From: Candidatus Sericytochromatia bacterium
Lineage (GTDB): Bacteria; Cyanobacteriota; Sericytochromatia; S15B-MN24; UBA4093
Length of the DNA: 64,000 nt
Assembly: GCA_036676495.1 (NCBI GenBank)
Contig: JAKFCT010000066.1
Span: 1 to 64,000 of the forward strand
Reading direction: 5' to 3'
The notes under the pieces were generated by a model, which was not told the DNA's origin, did not search any database, and was given only the letters and a program-made list of their open reading frames with translations. The position numbers and the translations under genes are program-made. Shown piece after piece: positions 46,802-59,273 of the stretch (position 1 is the stretch's first letter; the number at the start of each line of letters is the position of its first letter).

Positions 46802-48001
46802 TTACATTCCGATCCGTCCGGCGCGAGGGGTGAAGAAGATACCGCTCGGCTTCTCGGAGGGGAGCTCACCGAGCTGCTCCAGCCGTTCGGTGTCGTAGAT
46901 CTCGACGCGGTCCCGGTCGCGCACCGAGATCCAGGCGTGCTCGCCGCGCGGCGTGAACTCCAGGTGAAGGACGCCGGGGCCCGGGGTGAAGGTCTTGACG
47001 ATGCGCCGGGTGGGGACGTCGATCACCTGGACCGTGTCGTTATGCGGCGGGGCGAAGTTGACCCAGATCTGCCGGCCGTCCGGGCGGGCGACCACGAAGA
47101 CGGGCTGTCCGTGCACCGGGATGCGCGCCGATTCCGTCCAGGTCTTCTGGTCGACGATCAGGACCTCGTGCCGGCCGACGGCCGGGATGAAGGCTTCCGA
47201 TCCGTTGAGCGCCCAACCTTCGAGGTGCGGCATCTTGTAGACGGGCATCACCTTGCCGTTTCGGCCATATTTATCCAGCACGCGGCGGACGCCCGATTCG
47301 GGGTTCCAGGTATCGAGCAAGGCGACGCCGTCTTCCCCGAAGAGGCCCGCGCCGTAGTAGCGGCCGTCGGCCGAGATGAAGGCATCGTACGGCTCGCGGC
47401 CCGCGCCGGGGAACTTGCGGATGCTGGGCTTCGCGGCATCCTTCATGTCGAGCAGCCAGATTTCTCCGGCCTCGAAGAGGCTGTAGACGAAGCGGTTGCC
47501 GGGCAAGTCGATGAGGCCGATGACCTTGGAGAGCCGGCCATCCTCGGTTCGGGCGGGAAGGTCCAGCTTGAGCGCGAGGGTCTCGGCGTCGAAGACCTTC
47601 ACCCCGCCCGGGGAGTAGTTGGAGACGGCAAGCGTGCGGCCGTCCTGGGAGATGGCGCCCCCGATGGCGTTGCCGGCCTGGATGACGCGCTTGACGATCC
47701 GCATGCGCAGGAGGTCCACCTTGGTGAGCCCGCCGTCGCGCCCGAAGACATAGGCGTAGCGCCCGTCGCGCGAGAAGACCAGGGAGGCGTGGGAGAGGTC
47801 TCCGAGCCCTTCGATCCGGCCGAGCTGAGTCCGGCCGGTGGTCTCGACCACCTGGACCGAGCCACGGGCGCGCTCGATGATGACGCCGAGGTCGCCGGTG
47901 CCGCGCGGCTCGGCGTCGCGCATGAGGGCCGCGCAGCCGGTCATCGGCAGCGCCGCGGCCAGGCTGAGGGTGAAGGCAAGTGCCAGGCTAGCGCGTCTCA
48001 T
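46802..48001 (-). CDS. nirF: Heme d1-binding periplasmic lipoprotein
   Basis: RGTGDLG, GDLSHAS, YKMPHLEGW, PSGIFF. Confidence 0.94.
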   Translation of the reverse strand: MRRASLALAFTLSLAAALPMTGCAALMRDAEPRGTGDLGVIIERARGSVQVVETTGRTQLGRIEGLGDLSHASLVFSRDGRYAYVFGRDGGLTKVDLLRMRIVKRVIQAGNAIGGAISQDGRTLAVSNYSPGGVKVFDAETLALKLDLPARTEDGRLSKVIGLIDLPGNRFVYSLFEAGEIWLLDMKDAAKPSIRKFPGAGREPYDAFISADGRYYGAGLFGEDGVALLDTWNPESGVRRVLDKYGRNGKVMPVYKMPHLEGWALNGSEAFIPAVGRHEVLIVDQKTWTESARIPVHGQPVFVVARPDGRQIWVNFAPPHNDTVQVIDVPTRRIVKTFTPGPGVLHLEFTPRGEHAWISVRDRDRVEIYDTERLEQLGELPSEKPSGIFFTPRAGRIGM

Positions 48002-48344
48002 GGGGAAGTCCTTTCAGCAGCGCCTCACCGATCCAGCGGGCCTCCGCCTCGGTGAGCAGCGGCCGCCAAGGAGGCATGGCGGTATCGGGGATGCCGTCGA
48101 GGATGACCACCGCCAAGCCCAGGGCCGAGCGGTTCGCGAGAGCGTCCTTCGTGAGCGGGGGCCCGAGCCCTCCCTTCATGGTGAGCCCGTGGCACGATCC
48201 GCAATCCTGGCGGACCATGTAAAGCAACTCCTGTTGCCGTTCGGCGCTGGGCGTCGCGGCGCTTTGCGCTTGGGCGCGCGGAGAAGGGGCCAGCAAGGCG
48301 GGGAGCAAGAGCGCTCCCAGGAGGAGCGGGGCGAGCCTAGCCAT
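47988..48344 (-). CDS. nirC: Cytochrome c55X
   Basis: QDCGSCHGLTMKGGLGP, TAMPPW. Confidence 0.94.
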   Translation of the reverse strand: MARLAPLLLGALLLPALLAPSPRAQAQSAATPSAERQQELLYMVRQDCGSCHGLTMKGGLGPPLTKDALANRSALGLAVVILDGIPDTAMPPWRPLLTEAEARWIGEALLKGLPHETR

Positions 48345-49107
48345 GGGCCATGGCCTCGGGAACGAGGGCGGAAACCAGCTCGGGGGCGAGGCTCACGACC
48401 TTCCCGATGATGAGCAGGGTGGGCGGCTTGAAGCCGTGGCGGACGAGGTCCGCGGGAAGGTCCGCGAGGGTGGTGAGCATGGTCCGCTGGTTCGGCAAGG
48501 TGCCGTTCGAGATGGCCGCGGCGGGAGTCTCCGGGGAGAGGCCGGCGGCGATCAGCTTCTCGCTGAACGTCTCGGCGTTGCCGGTGCCCATGTAGACCAC
48601 CAGGGTGGTGTCGGCGTCGGCCAGGGAGTCCCAGTTGAGGTCGAGGTCGTCTCCGGCGCGGCAGTGGCCGGTGACGAAGCGGACGCCGTGGGCGAGCCCG
48701 CGGTGGGTGAGGGGGATGCCGGCGGCGGCGCCGCAGCCGGCGGCCGAGGTGATGCCGGGGACCACCTCGAAGGCGATGCCATGGACGCTGAGTTCGAGGG
48801 CTTCCTCGGAGCCGCGTCCGAAGATGTAGGGGTCTCCGCCCTTGAGCCGGACGACTCGGCGTCCTTGGCGGGCGAGCGTCACGAGGAGGGCGTTGATTTC
48901 CTCTTGGGGCAGGGAGTGCTGCCCGGCGGCCTTGCCGACGTAGATGCGTTCGGTGGCCTCGGGGACGAGCTCGAGGATGGCCGCGCTGACGAGGCGATCG
49001 TAGACCAGCACCTCGGCTTCCTGGATGAGGCGATGGGCTTTGAGGGTCAAGAGTTCGGGGTTTCCGGGGCCTGCGCCGACCAGGAATACGAATCCGTTTT
49101 GCGTCAC
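48337..49107 (-). CDS. nirE: Uroporphyrinogen-III C-methyltransferase
   Basis: LVGAGPG, RLKGGDPYIFGRG, VPGITS; GTG start after GGAGG. Confidence 0.93.
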   Translation of the reverse strand: MTQNGFVFLVGAGPGNPELLTLKAHRLIQEAEVLVYDRLVSAAILELVPEATERIYVGKAAGQHSLPQEEINALLVTLARQGRRVVRLKGGDPYIFGRGSEEALELSVHGIAFEVVPGITSAAGCGAAAGIPLTHRGLAHGVRFVTGHCRAGDDLDLNWDSLADADTTLVVYMGTGNAETFSEKLIAAGLSPETPAAAISNGTLPNQRTMLTTLADLPADLVRHGFKPPTLLIIGKVVSLAPELVSALVPEAMAHG

Positions 49108-49182
49108 AGCTAATCCTCCCTTGGACGTCTGTATCAATGGTCGTTTACAAGCCGTCATGTGTCGTCCGCACATACTACGCAC

Positions 49183-49213
49183 AAAAAAGGGAGGCAGGCA
49201 TTGCCTGCCTCCC
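49183..49213 (-). terminator. Rho-independent terminator after nirS
   Basis: AAAAAA-GGGAGGCAGGCA-T-TGCCTGCCTCCC. Confidence 0.85.
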
Positions 49214-49222
49214 GGCGACCGT

Positions 49223-51110
<1,888 letters not shown>

Positions 51111-51194
51111 GGGTTGTTCGCTATTGCGATGGGCGGGCCCGGCTTGCGATTGGCCTCAAACCTGGAAGGCACCGCCGTTTCATTCGGAGGATGT

Positions 51195-52640
51195 ATGCAA
51201 GTCGAAACCCAAGCGACGACGCTGGCAGCCCCGAACTACGACGAGGAGATCGTCAAGAAATTTTCGATCGCCGCGCTCGTGTTTGGGATTATCGGCATGT
51301 TCGTCGGCGTCTGGATCGCCGCCCAGCTCGCCTTTCCCGCACTGAACTTTGGCATTCCTGAACTCTCGTTCGGGCGCCTCCGGCCGCTTCACACGAACGC
51401 GGTCATCTTCGCCTTCGGCGGCAATATGCTTTTCGCCGCGGGCTACTACATCGTGCAGCGCACCTGCCAGACCCGGCTCTGGAACGATGCCCTCTCCAAC
51501 TTCACCTTCTGGGGTTGGCAGGCGGTCCTCGTCGGCGCCGTCGTCACGCTGCCGCTGGGCCTGACCTCCACCCACGAATATGCCGAGCTGATCTGGCCCC
51601 TGGACGTGCTGATCGCGCTGGTCTGGGTGGCCTACGGCGTGAACTTCTTCGGAACGCTCGCCACCCGCAAGGTCTCCCATATCTACGTGGCCAACTGGTT
51701 CACCGCGGCCTTGATCATCACGGTGGCCATCCTCCACATCTTCCGGAGCATCCAGCTTCCCTACTCCTGGACCCAGGCCATCCCCGCCTATTCGGGCGTG
51801 CAGGATGCCATGGTCCAGTGGTGGTACGGCCATAACGCGGTGGGCTTCTTCCTGACCGCGGGCTTCCTGGCGCTGATGTACTACTTCCTCCCCAAGCAGG
51901 CGAATCGTCCGGTCTTCTCGTACCGGCTCTCGATCGTCCACTTCTGGGGCCTGATCTTCATCTACGTCTGGGCCGGCCCTCACCACCTGCTCTACACGTC
52001 GCTTCCCGAGTGGACCCAGACCCTCGGCATGGTCTTCTCGGTCGTGCTCTGGGTGCCGTCCTGGGGCGGGATGTTCAACGGCCTCATGACCCTCAAGGGC
52101 GCCTGGCACAAGCTGCGCACCGATCCCATCATCAAGTTCATGATCGTCGCGGTCACCTTCTACGGCATGTCGACCTTCGAAGGTCCCCTCATGTCCATCC
52201 GCGCCGTCCACACCCTCTCGCACTACACCGATTGGGTCGTCGGACACGTTCACTCGGGCGCCCTCGGCTGGGTGGCCATGATCTCGATCGGGTCGCTTTA
52301 CTACCTCTTCCCGCGCCTTTTCAAGAAGGAAGCGCTTTACAGCACCAAGCTCGTGAACGCCCACTTCTGGCTGCACACCCTCGGCCTCGTGCTCTACGTC
52401 GCCGCGATGTGGGTCTCGGGCATCACCCAGGGCCTGATGTGGCGCGCGGTGAACGCCGATGGCTCGCTCACCTACTCCTTCGCCGAGTCGGTGGCCGCCA
52501 TGATGCCGTACTACACCATCCGCATGACGGGTGGCGTGCTCATCGTCGTCGGCATGCTCATCATGGCCTACAACGTCTACAAGACCGCCAAGGCTCCGAG
52601 TGCGAAGCCCTCGCTCGAGCCCAAGCTCGCGGCGCAGTAA
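51195..52640 (+). CDS. ccoN: cbb3-type cytochrome c oxidase subunit I
   Basis: [40 protein letters not shown]. Confidence 0.97.
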   Translation: MQVETQATTLAAPNYDEEIVKKFSIAALVFGIIGMFVGVWIAAQLAFPALNFGIPELSFGRLRPLHTNAVIFAFGGNMLFAAGYYIVQRTCQTRLWNDALSNFTFWGWQAVLVGAVVTLPLGLTSTHEYAELIWPLDVLIALVWVAYGVNFFGTLATRKVSHIYVANWFTAALIITVAILHIFRSIQLPYSWTQAIPAYSGVQDAMVQWWYGHNAVGFFLTAGFLALMYYFLPKQANRPVFSYRLSIVHFWGLIFIYVWAGPHHLLYTSLPEWTQTLGMVFSVVLWVPSWGGMFNGLMTLKGAWHKLRTDPIIKFMIVAVTFYGMSTFEGPLMSIRAVHTLSHYTDWVVGHVHSGALGWVAMISIGSLYYLFPRLFKKEALYSTKLVNAHFWLHTLGLVLYVAAMWVSGITQGLMWRAVNADGSLTYSFAESVAAMMPYYTIRMTGGVLIVVGMLIMAYNVYKTAKAPSAKPSLEPKLAAQ

Positions 52641-52653
52641 GGAAGGTCGGGTC

Positions 52654-53256
52654 ATGAAACACGAAAAGCTCGAAAAGAACAGTTTCCTCCTGGGGATCTT
52701 CATTACCGCGGTGGTCTCCGTGGGAGGCCTGGTCGAGATCGTTCCCCTGTACTTCCTCAAGGACACGGTTCCCCCGATGGAAGGTGTGAAGCCCTACGAG
52801 CCCTTGGCGCTCAAGGGTCGCGACATCTACATGCGCGAGGGCTGCGTCTCCTGCCACACCCAGCAGCTGCGCCCCTTCCGTGCCGAGACCGAACGCTACG
52901 GCGACTACTCCAAGGCGGCCGAGTCGATGTACGACTTCCCCCACCTCTGGGGCTCCAAGCGGACCGGTCCGGACTTGGCCCGGGTCGGCGGCAAGTACCC
53001 CGATTCCTGGCATGTCCAGCACATGCGCGATCCGCAGAGCATGGTGCCAGAATCGGTCATGCCCAAGTACCCCTGGCTCGAGACGCGTGCGCTCGACGGC
53101 AGTGACGTCCAGGCGCACATGCGCACCCTCAAGAAGGTCGGCGTCCCTTACACCGACGAGCAAATCGCCGAGGCTCCGGCCCTGGTCGAAGGCAAGACCG
53201 AGCTCGACGCACTGATCGCCTACCTGCAGGGACTCGGCACCGCGGTGAAGGAGTAG
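52654..53256 (+). CDS. ccoO: cbb3 oxidase subunit II
   Basis: [19 protein letters not shown]. Confidence 0.96.
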   Translation: MKHEKLEKNSFLLGIFITAVVSVGGLVEIVPLYFLKDTVPPMEGVKPYEPLALKGRDIYMREGCVSCHTQQLRPFRAETERYGDYSKAAESMYDFPHLWGSKRTGPDLARVGGKYPDSWHVQHMRDPQSMVPESVMPKYPWLETRALDGSDVQAHMRTLKKVGVPYTDEQIAEAPALVEGKTELDALIAYLQGLGTAVKE

Positions 53257-53259
53257 CTC

Positions 53260-53406
53260 ATGGATTTCGACGCCTTCGTCGCCACGACCAAGATCGTCGC
53301 CTTGCTGCTCTTCGTCGTCGTCTTCACGGGCGCCTGCTTCTGGGCGTTCTCCGGGAAGAAGTCGGAGTTCGATCGCTATAGCCATATCCCCTTCCAGGAC
53401 GAATAA
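53260..53406 (+). CDS. ccoQ: cbb3 oxidase subunit IV (not in ORF track)
   Basis: 48 aa MDFDAFVATTKIVALLLFVVVFTGACFWAFSGKKSEFDRYSHIPFQDE; AGGAG RBS; between ccoO and ccoP. Confidence 0.88.
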   Translation: MDFDAFVATTKIVALLLFVVVFTGACFWAFSGKKSEFDRYSHIPFQDE

Positions 53407-53417
53407 GGGAGAACCGT

Positions 53418-53924
53418 ATGTCCGAAGAACGCGAAATACACGTCTTCGATGGAATCGAAGAACATGACAACCCCCCGCCGGCCTGGTTCAACCTGCTCTT
53501 CGCGGGAACCATCATCTGGGGGATCGGCTACCTCATCATGATGCCCGGCATCGGCCCCGGCCTCTTGGGCTGGAGCCAGGACAAGCAGTACGCGGCCGAA
53601 ATGGAAGCCGCCAAGGTGCGCTACGCCGCCGCCGCCCCGGCGACCATCGACCTGGCCTCCGCGATGCAGGACCCGTCCGTCATCGCTGACGGGCAGAAGC
53701 TCTACGCCACCAACTGCGCGGCCTGCCATGGCCCCGAGGCCAAGGGCGCGATCGGTCCTGACCTGACCGACGGAGAGTGGCTCTACGGCGGAACGCCCGA
53801 GGAGATCGTCAATACGGTCACCAAGGGAGCCCCGAAGGGCATGCCCGCCTGGGAATCCCAGCTGGGCGCGGCCAACATCACCAAGGTGTCGGCCTTTGTT
53901 CACAGCCTCGGAGGAGGCCTCTAA
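53418..53924 (+). CDS. ccoP: cbb3 oxidase subunit III, single heme
   Basis: HVFDGIEEHDNPPPAW N-terminus; one CAACH; GPDL..W.YGG, GMPAW. Confidence 0.92.
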   Translation: MSEEREIHVFDGIEEHDNPPPAWFNLLFAGTIIWGIGYLIMMPGIGPGLLGWSQDKQYAAEMEAAKVRYAAAAPATIDLASAMQDPSVIADGQKLYATNCAACHGPEAKGAIGPDLTDGEWLYGGTPEEIVNTVTKGAPKGMPAWESQLGAANITKVSAFVHSLGGGL

Positions 53925-54635
53925 ATGGTGGATCTGGCCGTCATCTTCGCAACCGGCTTCCTCGGAAGCGCGCATTGCGTCGGCATGTGCGGCCCCCTGG
54001 TTGCCTCCTGCGCCCGCGCCGGAGGCTTTCAGGGCTCTCTGGGACGCCAAGCGACCTTCCACGCCGGAAGGCTCACCGGCTACGCCGGCCTTGGCGCCCT
54101 GGCAGGGATCCTCGGTTCCTTCATCCGCGTCGAGGGCCCCTGGGCCCTCGTCTCGGCTCTGGTCGGCATCCTGGCCGGCCTCGTCATGATCGGGCTCGCT
54201 CTCGAGCAGCTCCAGATCCTCCCCAAGCTGGGCTTACGCCCTCCCTCGCTTCCAATCGCTAAGCTCCTCGCCAACCCCAGACCATGGGCCTCCTTCCCGG
54301 TCGGCCTCGCCCTCGGCCTCATGCCCTGCGGCATGCTCTACGCGGTCGTGGTCTACGCCGCCGCTACCGGATCGCCCCTCAAGGGCGCACTCGTCATGGC
54401 TCTCTTCTGGCTTGGCAATCTGATCCCCCTCCTCGCCTTCGGGTTCGCGTCCCAGTTCGCCTGGGGCCGCCTCAGAGGCCACGCCGCCAAACTTGCGGCC
54501 ATTGCCATCCTCGTCCTCGGGGTTCACACCATCGTCGATCGCGGCATGGCCATGGTTCCTGCAGCCAATGCCCAGCAGGACCTCGCGTCCTGTCATCCTT
54601 CGGAGGTGCACCATGACCCCGCAAAAAAACCCTGA
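53925..54635 (+). CDS. DsbD_2 / TauE-SafE-like membrane protein
   Basis: GSAHCVGMCGP and GLMPCGMLY. Confidence 0.9.
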   Translation: MVDLAVIFATGFLGSAHCVGMCGPLVASCARAGGFQGSLGRQATFHAGRLTGYAGLGALAGILGSFIRVEGPWALVSALVGILAGLVMIGLALEQLQILPKLGLRPPSLPIAKLLANPRPWASFPVGLALGLMPCGMLYAVVVYAAATGSPLKGALVMALFWLGNLIPLLAFGFASQFAWGRLRGHAAKLAAIAILVLGVHTIVDRGMAMVPAANAQQDLASCHPSEVHHDPAKKP

Positions 54636-56043
54636 GCTCCAGGACTGGCGAAGTTGGTTACTCGCCTCGATCCGTAATCCGCGCTCGATCGTCGTCAAGC
54701 ATACCTGGGGCCCGACCCAGAAGGTCCGGACCCTCGTCTTCGCCCTCCAACTCGTCCTCTTCCTGGGCATCCCCTGGCTTCGCTGGGGCGATCGCCAGGC
54801 CGTCCTCTTCGATATCGCCGACCGGAAATTCCACCTCTGGGGAGTGACCGTCTGGCCGCAGGAATTCTACCTGCTCACCCTCCTGCTCATCACCTTCGCC
54901 CTCACCCTCTTCCTCGCCACCGCCATCGTCGGACGCCTCTTCTGCTCCGTCGGCTGCCCGCATACCACGATGACGTCGATCTTCATGGAGATCGAGCGCC
55001 GCGTCCAGGGCGATCGCATGGCCCGCCTCAAGCTCGCGCAGGCCCCCTGGAACGCCGAGAAGATCGCCAAGATCGGCCTCACGCACGCCCTCTACGGCCT
55101 CGTCGCCCTGATCCTCGCCTTCACCTTCATCTCCTACTTCGCCGGCAACCGCGAGATCCTCACCAGCCTCGCCGCGGGAGCCCCCCAGCTCGGAGTCCTC
55201 ATCGGCTGGGCCTTCGTCGCCGCCTTGGTCTACGGCTTCGCCGGCCACTTCCGCGAGAAGATCTGCCAGGTCGCCTGCCCCTACGGCCGCTTCCAGAGCA
55301 TCATGATCGATCCCAACTCGCTCATCGTCGCCTACGACGTCCAGCGCGGCGAGCCCCGCGGCAAGTACCGCCCCGGTCAGGTCAGCGAGTTCAAGGACTG
55401 CGTGGACTGCTCCATGTGCGTCCAGGTCTGTCCCGCCGGCATCGACATCCGCAACGGTCTCCAGATGGAATGCATCGCCTGCGCCCGCTGCATCGACGCC
55501 TGCGACGACGTCATGACCAAGATCAAGCGCCCGACGGGCCTCATCCGCTACGGCTCGCTCAACTCCTTCGCCGGCAAGGACACGAAGATCGTCCGCCCCC
55601 GCGTCCTCGTCTACGCGACGGTGATCGCCCTCGCCGTCGGCGGCATCGCCACCACCCTCGTGACCCGGCCGATGATCACCGCCGAGGTGATCCGCAACCG
55701 GGCCGCCCTCTACCGCGAAATGCCCGACGGCCGCATCGCCAACGTCTACACGCTCCGCGCCATCAACAAGAGCAGCTCGGAACAAGTGGTAAACTTGGAG
55801 ATCGACGGGGTGGACCATTCCGAGATTCTCACCGGCTCCAACCCCGTGACCCTCCGCCCCGGAGCCGTCGAGACCCTCAACCTCTCCGTGATCGTCTCCA
55901 CGGAGGAGCTCACGCCCGGAGTGAATCGGATTCAGATTCAGCTGCGGGACCCGGCCTCGGGCAAGATCCGAGACGAAGTGGACACGACCTTCATGGCCCC
56001 GGTCCGCCTCTCCCAGGATAGCAAGGAGCAGAAGTCGCTATGA
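54613..56043 (+). CDS. ccoG: cbb3 accessory polyferredoxin / Cu reductase
   Basis: GRLFCSVGCP, CPYGRFQS, CVDCSMCVQVCP, CIACARCIDAC. Confidence 0.95.
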   Translation: MTPQKNPELQDWRSWLLASIRNPRSIVVKHTWGPTQKVRTLVFALQLVLFLGIPWLRWGDRQAVLFDIADRKFHLWGVTVWPQEFYLLTLLLITFALTLFLATAIVGRLFCSVGCPHTTMTSIFMEIERRVQGDRMARLKLAQAPWNAEKIAKIGLTHALYGLVALILAFTFISYFAGNREILTSLAAGAPQLGVLIGWAFVAALVYGFAGHFREKICQVACPYGRFQSIMIDPNSLIVAYDVQRGEPRGKYRPGQVSEFKDCVDCSMCVQVCPAGIDIRNGLQMECIACARCIDACDDVMTKIKRPTGLIRYGSLNSFAGKDTKIVRPRVLVYATVIALAVGGIATTLVTRPMITAEVIRNRAALYREMPDGRIANVYTLRAINKSSSEQVVNLEIDGVDHSEILTGSNPVTLRPGAVETLNLSVIVSTEELTPGVNRIQIQLRDPASGKIRDEVDTTFMAPVRLSQDSKEQKSL

Positions 56044-56594
56044 GCGAAATCCGCGGGCCTCAAGGCCCCGATACCCCCCCTACCCCCCCGTCCGGCGCCA
56101 AGGGCGGCATGAGCGACGGGAAGAAGTTTCTTCTCGCCTTTCTGGCCTTCTTCGGCGTGGTCTTCATCGCCGACGGCATCATGATCTACCTGGGCACCAC
56201 CAGCCAGGACGGGCTCGTCGAGGAGAATTACTACCAGAAGGGGATCACCTACAACGACGTGATCCAGGTCAAGAAGCGCCAGGCCGAGCTGGGCTGGGAA
56301 TTCGCCGTCTCCCATCCGGAGAAGACGGGATCCGGCCCGCTCGAGGTCAAGCTCCTCGATGCCAACGGTCAGCCCCTCACGGGGAAGCGGGTCGCGGCCT
56401 TGGTCCGGCGCCCCGCCCAGCAGGGCTACGACCAGAACCTCAGCTTCGAGGAAGTCGCTCCCGGCACGTACCGCGCCGAGGTCTCCCTGCCCCTGGAGGG
56501 GCTCTGGGACCTGAAGGCCCGCATCCGCGACGCCCAGGGCGAGGATGCCCAGGACCAGGCGATCTTCGAATCGCGCTTCACGGTCAGCGGCTGA
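56040..56594 (+). CDS. ccoH: FixH/CcoH-family protein
   Basis: TM then GLVEENYYQKG...LGW; position in ccoGHIS. Confidence 0.85.
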   Translation: MSEIRGPQGPDTPPTPPSGAKGGMSDGKKFLLAFLAFFGVVFIADGIMIYLGTTSQDGLVEENYYQKGITYNDVIQVKKRQAELGWEFAVSHPEKTGSGPLEVKLLDANGQPLTGKRVAALVRRPAQQGYDQNLSFEEVAPGTYRAEVSLPLEGLWDLKARIRDAQGEDAQDQAIFESRFTVSG

Positions 56595-56595
56595 C

Positions 56596-59019
56596 ATGAA
56601 CGCGACCGGCACGCGCTGCTTCCACTGCGGCCTGGACTCCAAGCATCCCCTCATCGGGACGATTGACGGCCAGGAGCGCGAGTTCTGCTGCAGCGGGTGC
56701 CGGACGGTCTGCGAGATCATCCACTCCCAGGGGCTCGAGTCCTACTACGCCAAGCGCGGCGAAGCCGTCTCAGGGCGTGCGGCGACCCAAGCCCCGGAGT
56801 TTCCCTTCGACCACGAGGACTTCCAGCGCCAATACGTCCAGGATCTCGGTGACGCCCGCCAGGTCAGCCTGATGATCGACGGGATCCACTGCGCGGCCTG
56901 CGTCTGGCTCATCGAGAAGGGCCTGGCCCATCAGCCCGGCCTTCAGGACGTCCAGGTCAGCCTGGGCACCCAGCGCGCCCACGTGCGCTGGGACCCGGCC
57001 CAGACCCATCTCAGCACCCTCGCCCGCGCCATTTCCCAGCTCGGCTACCGTCCCTATCCCTACGACCCTTCCACGCTGGACCAGCCCCTGCGCGCCCGCA
57101 GCCGCGACCTGCTCCTGCGCATGGGCGTCGCGGGCCTCGCGACGCTCGCGACCATGTACCTGGCCGAGCCCCTCTACTTCGGGGACTTCAGCCAGGACGA
57201 GGGCTTCCTCAAGCTCTTCGTCTGGATGGCCTTCCTGATCGCCACTCCGACCTGCCTCTACGCCATCATGCCGATCTTGAAGGGCGCCTGGAGCGGCCTA
57301 CGCCAGAAGACCATCAACATGGACGGCACCATCGCGCTGGGGGCCGTCGCCACCTACGCGGCGAGCGTCTGGGGGACGATCGCGGGTGGTCCCGTCTATT
57401 ACGAATCGCTCGCGATGTTCCTCTTCCTGATTCTGGGAGGGCGCTTCATCGAAGGCGCCGTGCGCCGAAAGGTCTTCTCGGCCACCGAGCGTCTGCTCAA
57501 GCTGGAAGCGAAGGCGGCGACCGTGGTCCAGGACGGGGAGCGCCGGAGAGTCCCCCTTCAGGCCGTCCGGGTGGGCGATCGCGTCGAGGTCAACGCCGGC
57601 GAGGCCATCCCGGTGGACGGCGTCGTCCTCGAGGGGACGGCCGGCGTCAACGAGGCCATGCTCTCCGGCGAGTCCCGCCCGGTGCTCAAGCAGCCCGGCG
57701 ATCGCGTGCTCGGCTCGTCCGTCGCCGTCGACGGCTCCATCCTGGTCGAGGCCCGGGGAGTGGGCCAAGAAACGCAACTCAACCAGATCATCCGCCTCAT
57801 CGAGCAAGCCGACGCTCACCGCTCTCCCGGCGCTCGGCGCATCGACCGGATCACCAACGCCTTCGGCCTCAGCGTGGTCGTGGTCGCGCTGCTCACCGTC
57901 ATCGGCTGGTCTTTCTTCGTCCCGATGTCGACCGCCCTCATGTATGCGGTCGCCGTCCTCGTCATCACCTGCCCCTGCGCCCTGGGGCTCGCCATCCCCG
58001 CGGCAAACGTCCTCGCAGCCACCCAGGGAGTGGACCGCGGGATCCTCTTCTCGGACGGCAAGGCTCTCGAAGCCTTGCCGGGGATCACCCATCTGGTGCT
58101 CGACAAGACCGGCACCGTCACCACCGGCCACATGGAAGTGGCCGCCATGGTGCCGTTCGGCCGCAGCGAGGACGCGCTGCTCGCCATCGCCGCCGCCCTC
58201 GAGGAGCGCTTCGAGCATCCGATCGCACGGGCCATCACGGCGATGGCCGTCAAGCGCAAGCTCGCCCTTCCCTCGGTGGAGGAGTTCCAGGTCGTTGCGG
58301 GCCGCGGAGTGACGGGGAGGCTGCCCGAAGGCGCGGCCGCCATCGGAAACGAGATCCTGCTGGAGGCCGTGGGGGTTCCGTTGAGCCCGGAAGCGCGCGG
58401 CTCGGCCCAGGCCTTCAAGGATCGCGGTCTGACGGTCGCCTACGTCGCCCTCGACGGGCAGGTCATCGGCGTCCTGGGGATGAGCGACGAGTTGCGCCCC
58501 GATGCCCGCGAGACGGTGCAAGCCCTCAAGCGGCAAGGCGTCCACGTCACCCTGCTCTCCGGGGATCATCGCCAGGCGGCGGAAGCCGCCGGGACCGCCC
58601 TGGGCGTGGATCAGACCCTGAGCGAGGTCTTGCCGGAAGAGAAGCAGCAGGTCATTCGCGACCTGCAAGCCCCCGACCGCGTGGTGGTGATGGTGGGAGA
58701 CGGCGTGAACGACGCTCCGGCCCTGGCGCAGGCGGATGTGGGCGTCGCCATGGGAGAGGGCACGGATCTCTCGATCACCTCGGCGCATGTGATCCTGCTC
58801 GGGGATCGGCTCGGGTTGCTGCTGCGCGCCGTGGGTCTCGCCGGCGAGACCCAGCGGATCATCCGCCAGAACCTGACGATCTCGGCCATCTACAACGTGC
58901 TGACCATCCCCTTGGCGGTCGCGGGGTTCGTCACCCCGTTGTTCGCCGCCATCGTCATGCCGCTCAGCTCCATGGCGGTCATCGGGAATGCCATGCGCCT
59001 CACGCGAAAGGACCCTTGA
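56596..59019 (+). CDS. ccoI: P1B copper ATPase
   Basis: CFHC/CCSGC, CAAC, CPC, DKTGT, HP, GDGVND. Confidence 0.93.
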   Translation: MNATGTRCFHCGLDSKHPLIGTIDGQEREFCCSGCRTVCEIIHSQGLESYYAKRGEAVSGRAATQAPEFPFDHEDFQRQYVQDLGDARQVSLMIDGIHCAACVWLIEKGLAHQPGLQDVQVSLGTQRAHVRWDPAQTHLSTLARAISQLGYRPYPYDPSTLDQPLRARSRDLLLRMGVAGLATLATMYLAEPLYFGDFSQDEGFLKLFVWMAFLIATPTCLYAIMPILKGAWSGLRQKTINMDGTIALGAVATYAASVWGTIAGGPVYYESLAMFLFLILGGRFIEGAVRRKVFSATERLLKLEAKAATVVQDGERRRVPLQAVRVGDRVEVNAGEAIPVDGVVLEGTAGVNEAMLSGESRPVLKQPGDRVLGSSVAVDGSILVEARGVGQETQLNQIIRLIEQADAHRSPGARRIDRITNAFGLSVVVVALLTVIGWSFFVPMSTALMYAVAVLVITCPCALGLAIPAANVLAATQGVDRGILFSDGKALEALPGITHLVLDKTGTVTTGHMEVAAMVPFGRSEDALLAIAAALEERFEHPIARAITAMAVKRKLALPSVEEFQVVAGRGVTGRLPEGAAAIGNEILLEAVGVPLSPEARGSAQAFKDRGLTVAYVALDGQVIGVLGMSDELRPDARETVQALKRQGVHVTLLSGDHRQAAEAAGTALGVDQTLSEVLPEEKQQVIRDLQAPDRVVVMVGDGVNDAPALAQADVGVAMGEGTDLSITSAHVILLGDRLGLLLRAVGLAGETQRIIRQNLTISAIYNVLTIPLAVAGFVTPLFAAIVMPLSSMAVIGNAMRLTRKDP

Positions 59020-59020
59020 G

Positions 59021-59179
59021 TTGGATATCCTCCTGATCATGATTCCCGGCTGTATCCTCATGGCGCTGGTCATGTTCGGCTTCTTCGTCTGGGCGACCAA
59101 GACGGGCCAGTTCGAGGACCTGGAGGGGGCCAAGTACCGCATCCTCTACGACGACGAGCCCGCGCGCAAGCAGGAGTAG
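59021..59179 (+). CDS. ccoS: cbb3 oxidase maturation protein
   Basis: FVWATKTGQFEDLEG...RILYDD; TTG start. Confidence 0.9.
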   Translation: MDILLIMIPGCILMALVMFGFFVWATKTGQFEDLEGAKYRILYDDEPARKQE

Positions 59180-59184
59180 CGACG

Positions 59185-59228
59185 AAGCGCACGGCCCCGG
59201 AGCGATGTCGCTCCGGGGCCGTGCGCTT
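59185..59228. terminator. 21-bp inverted repeat at the island's right edge
   Basis: AAGCGCACGGCCCCGGAGCGA-TG-TCGCTCCGGGGCCGTGCGCTT. Confidence 0.8.
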
Positions 59229-59273
59229 TCGGGTGGTCGGCCGCGCTTCTGGCGCCTGCCGCATCGACGTTCG

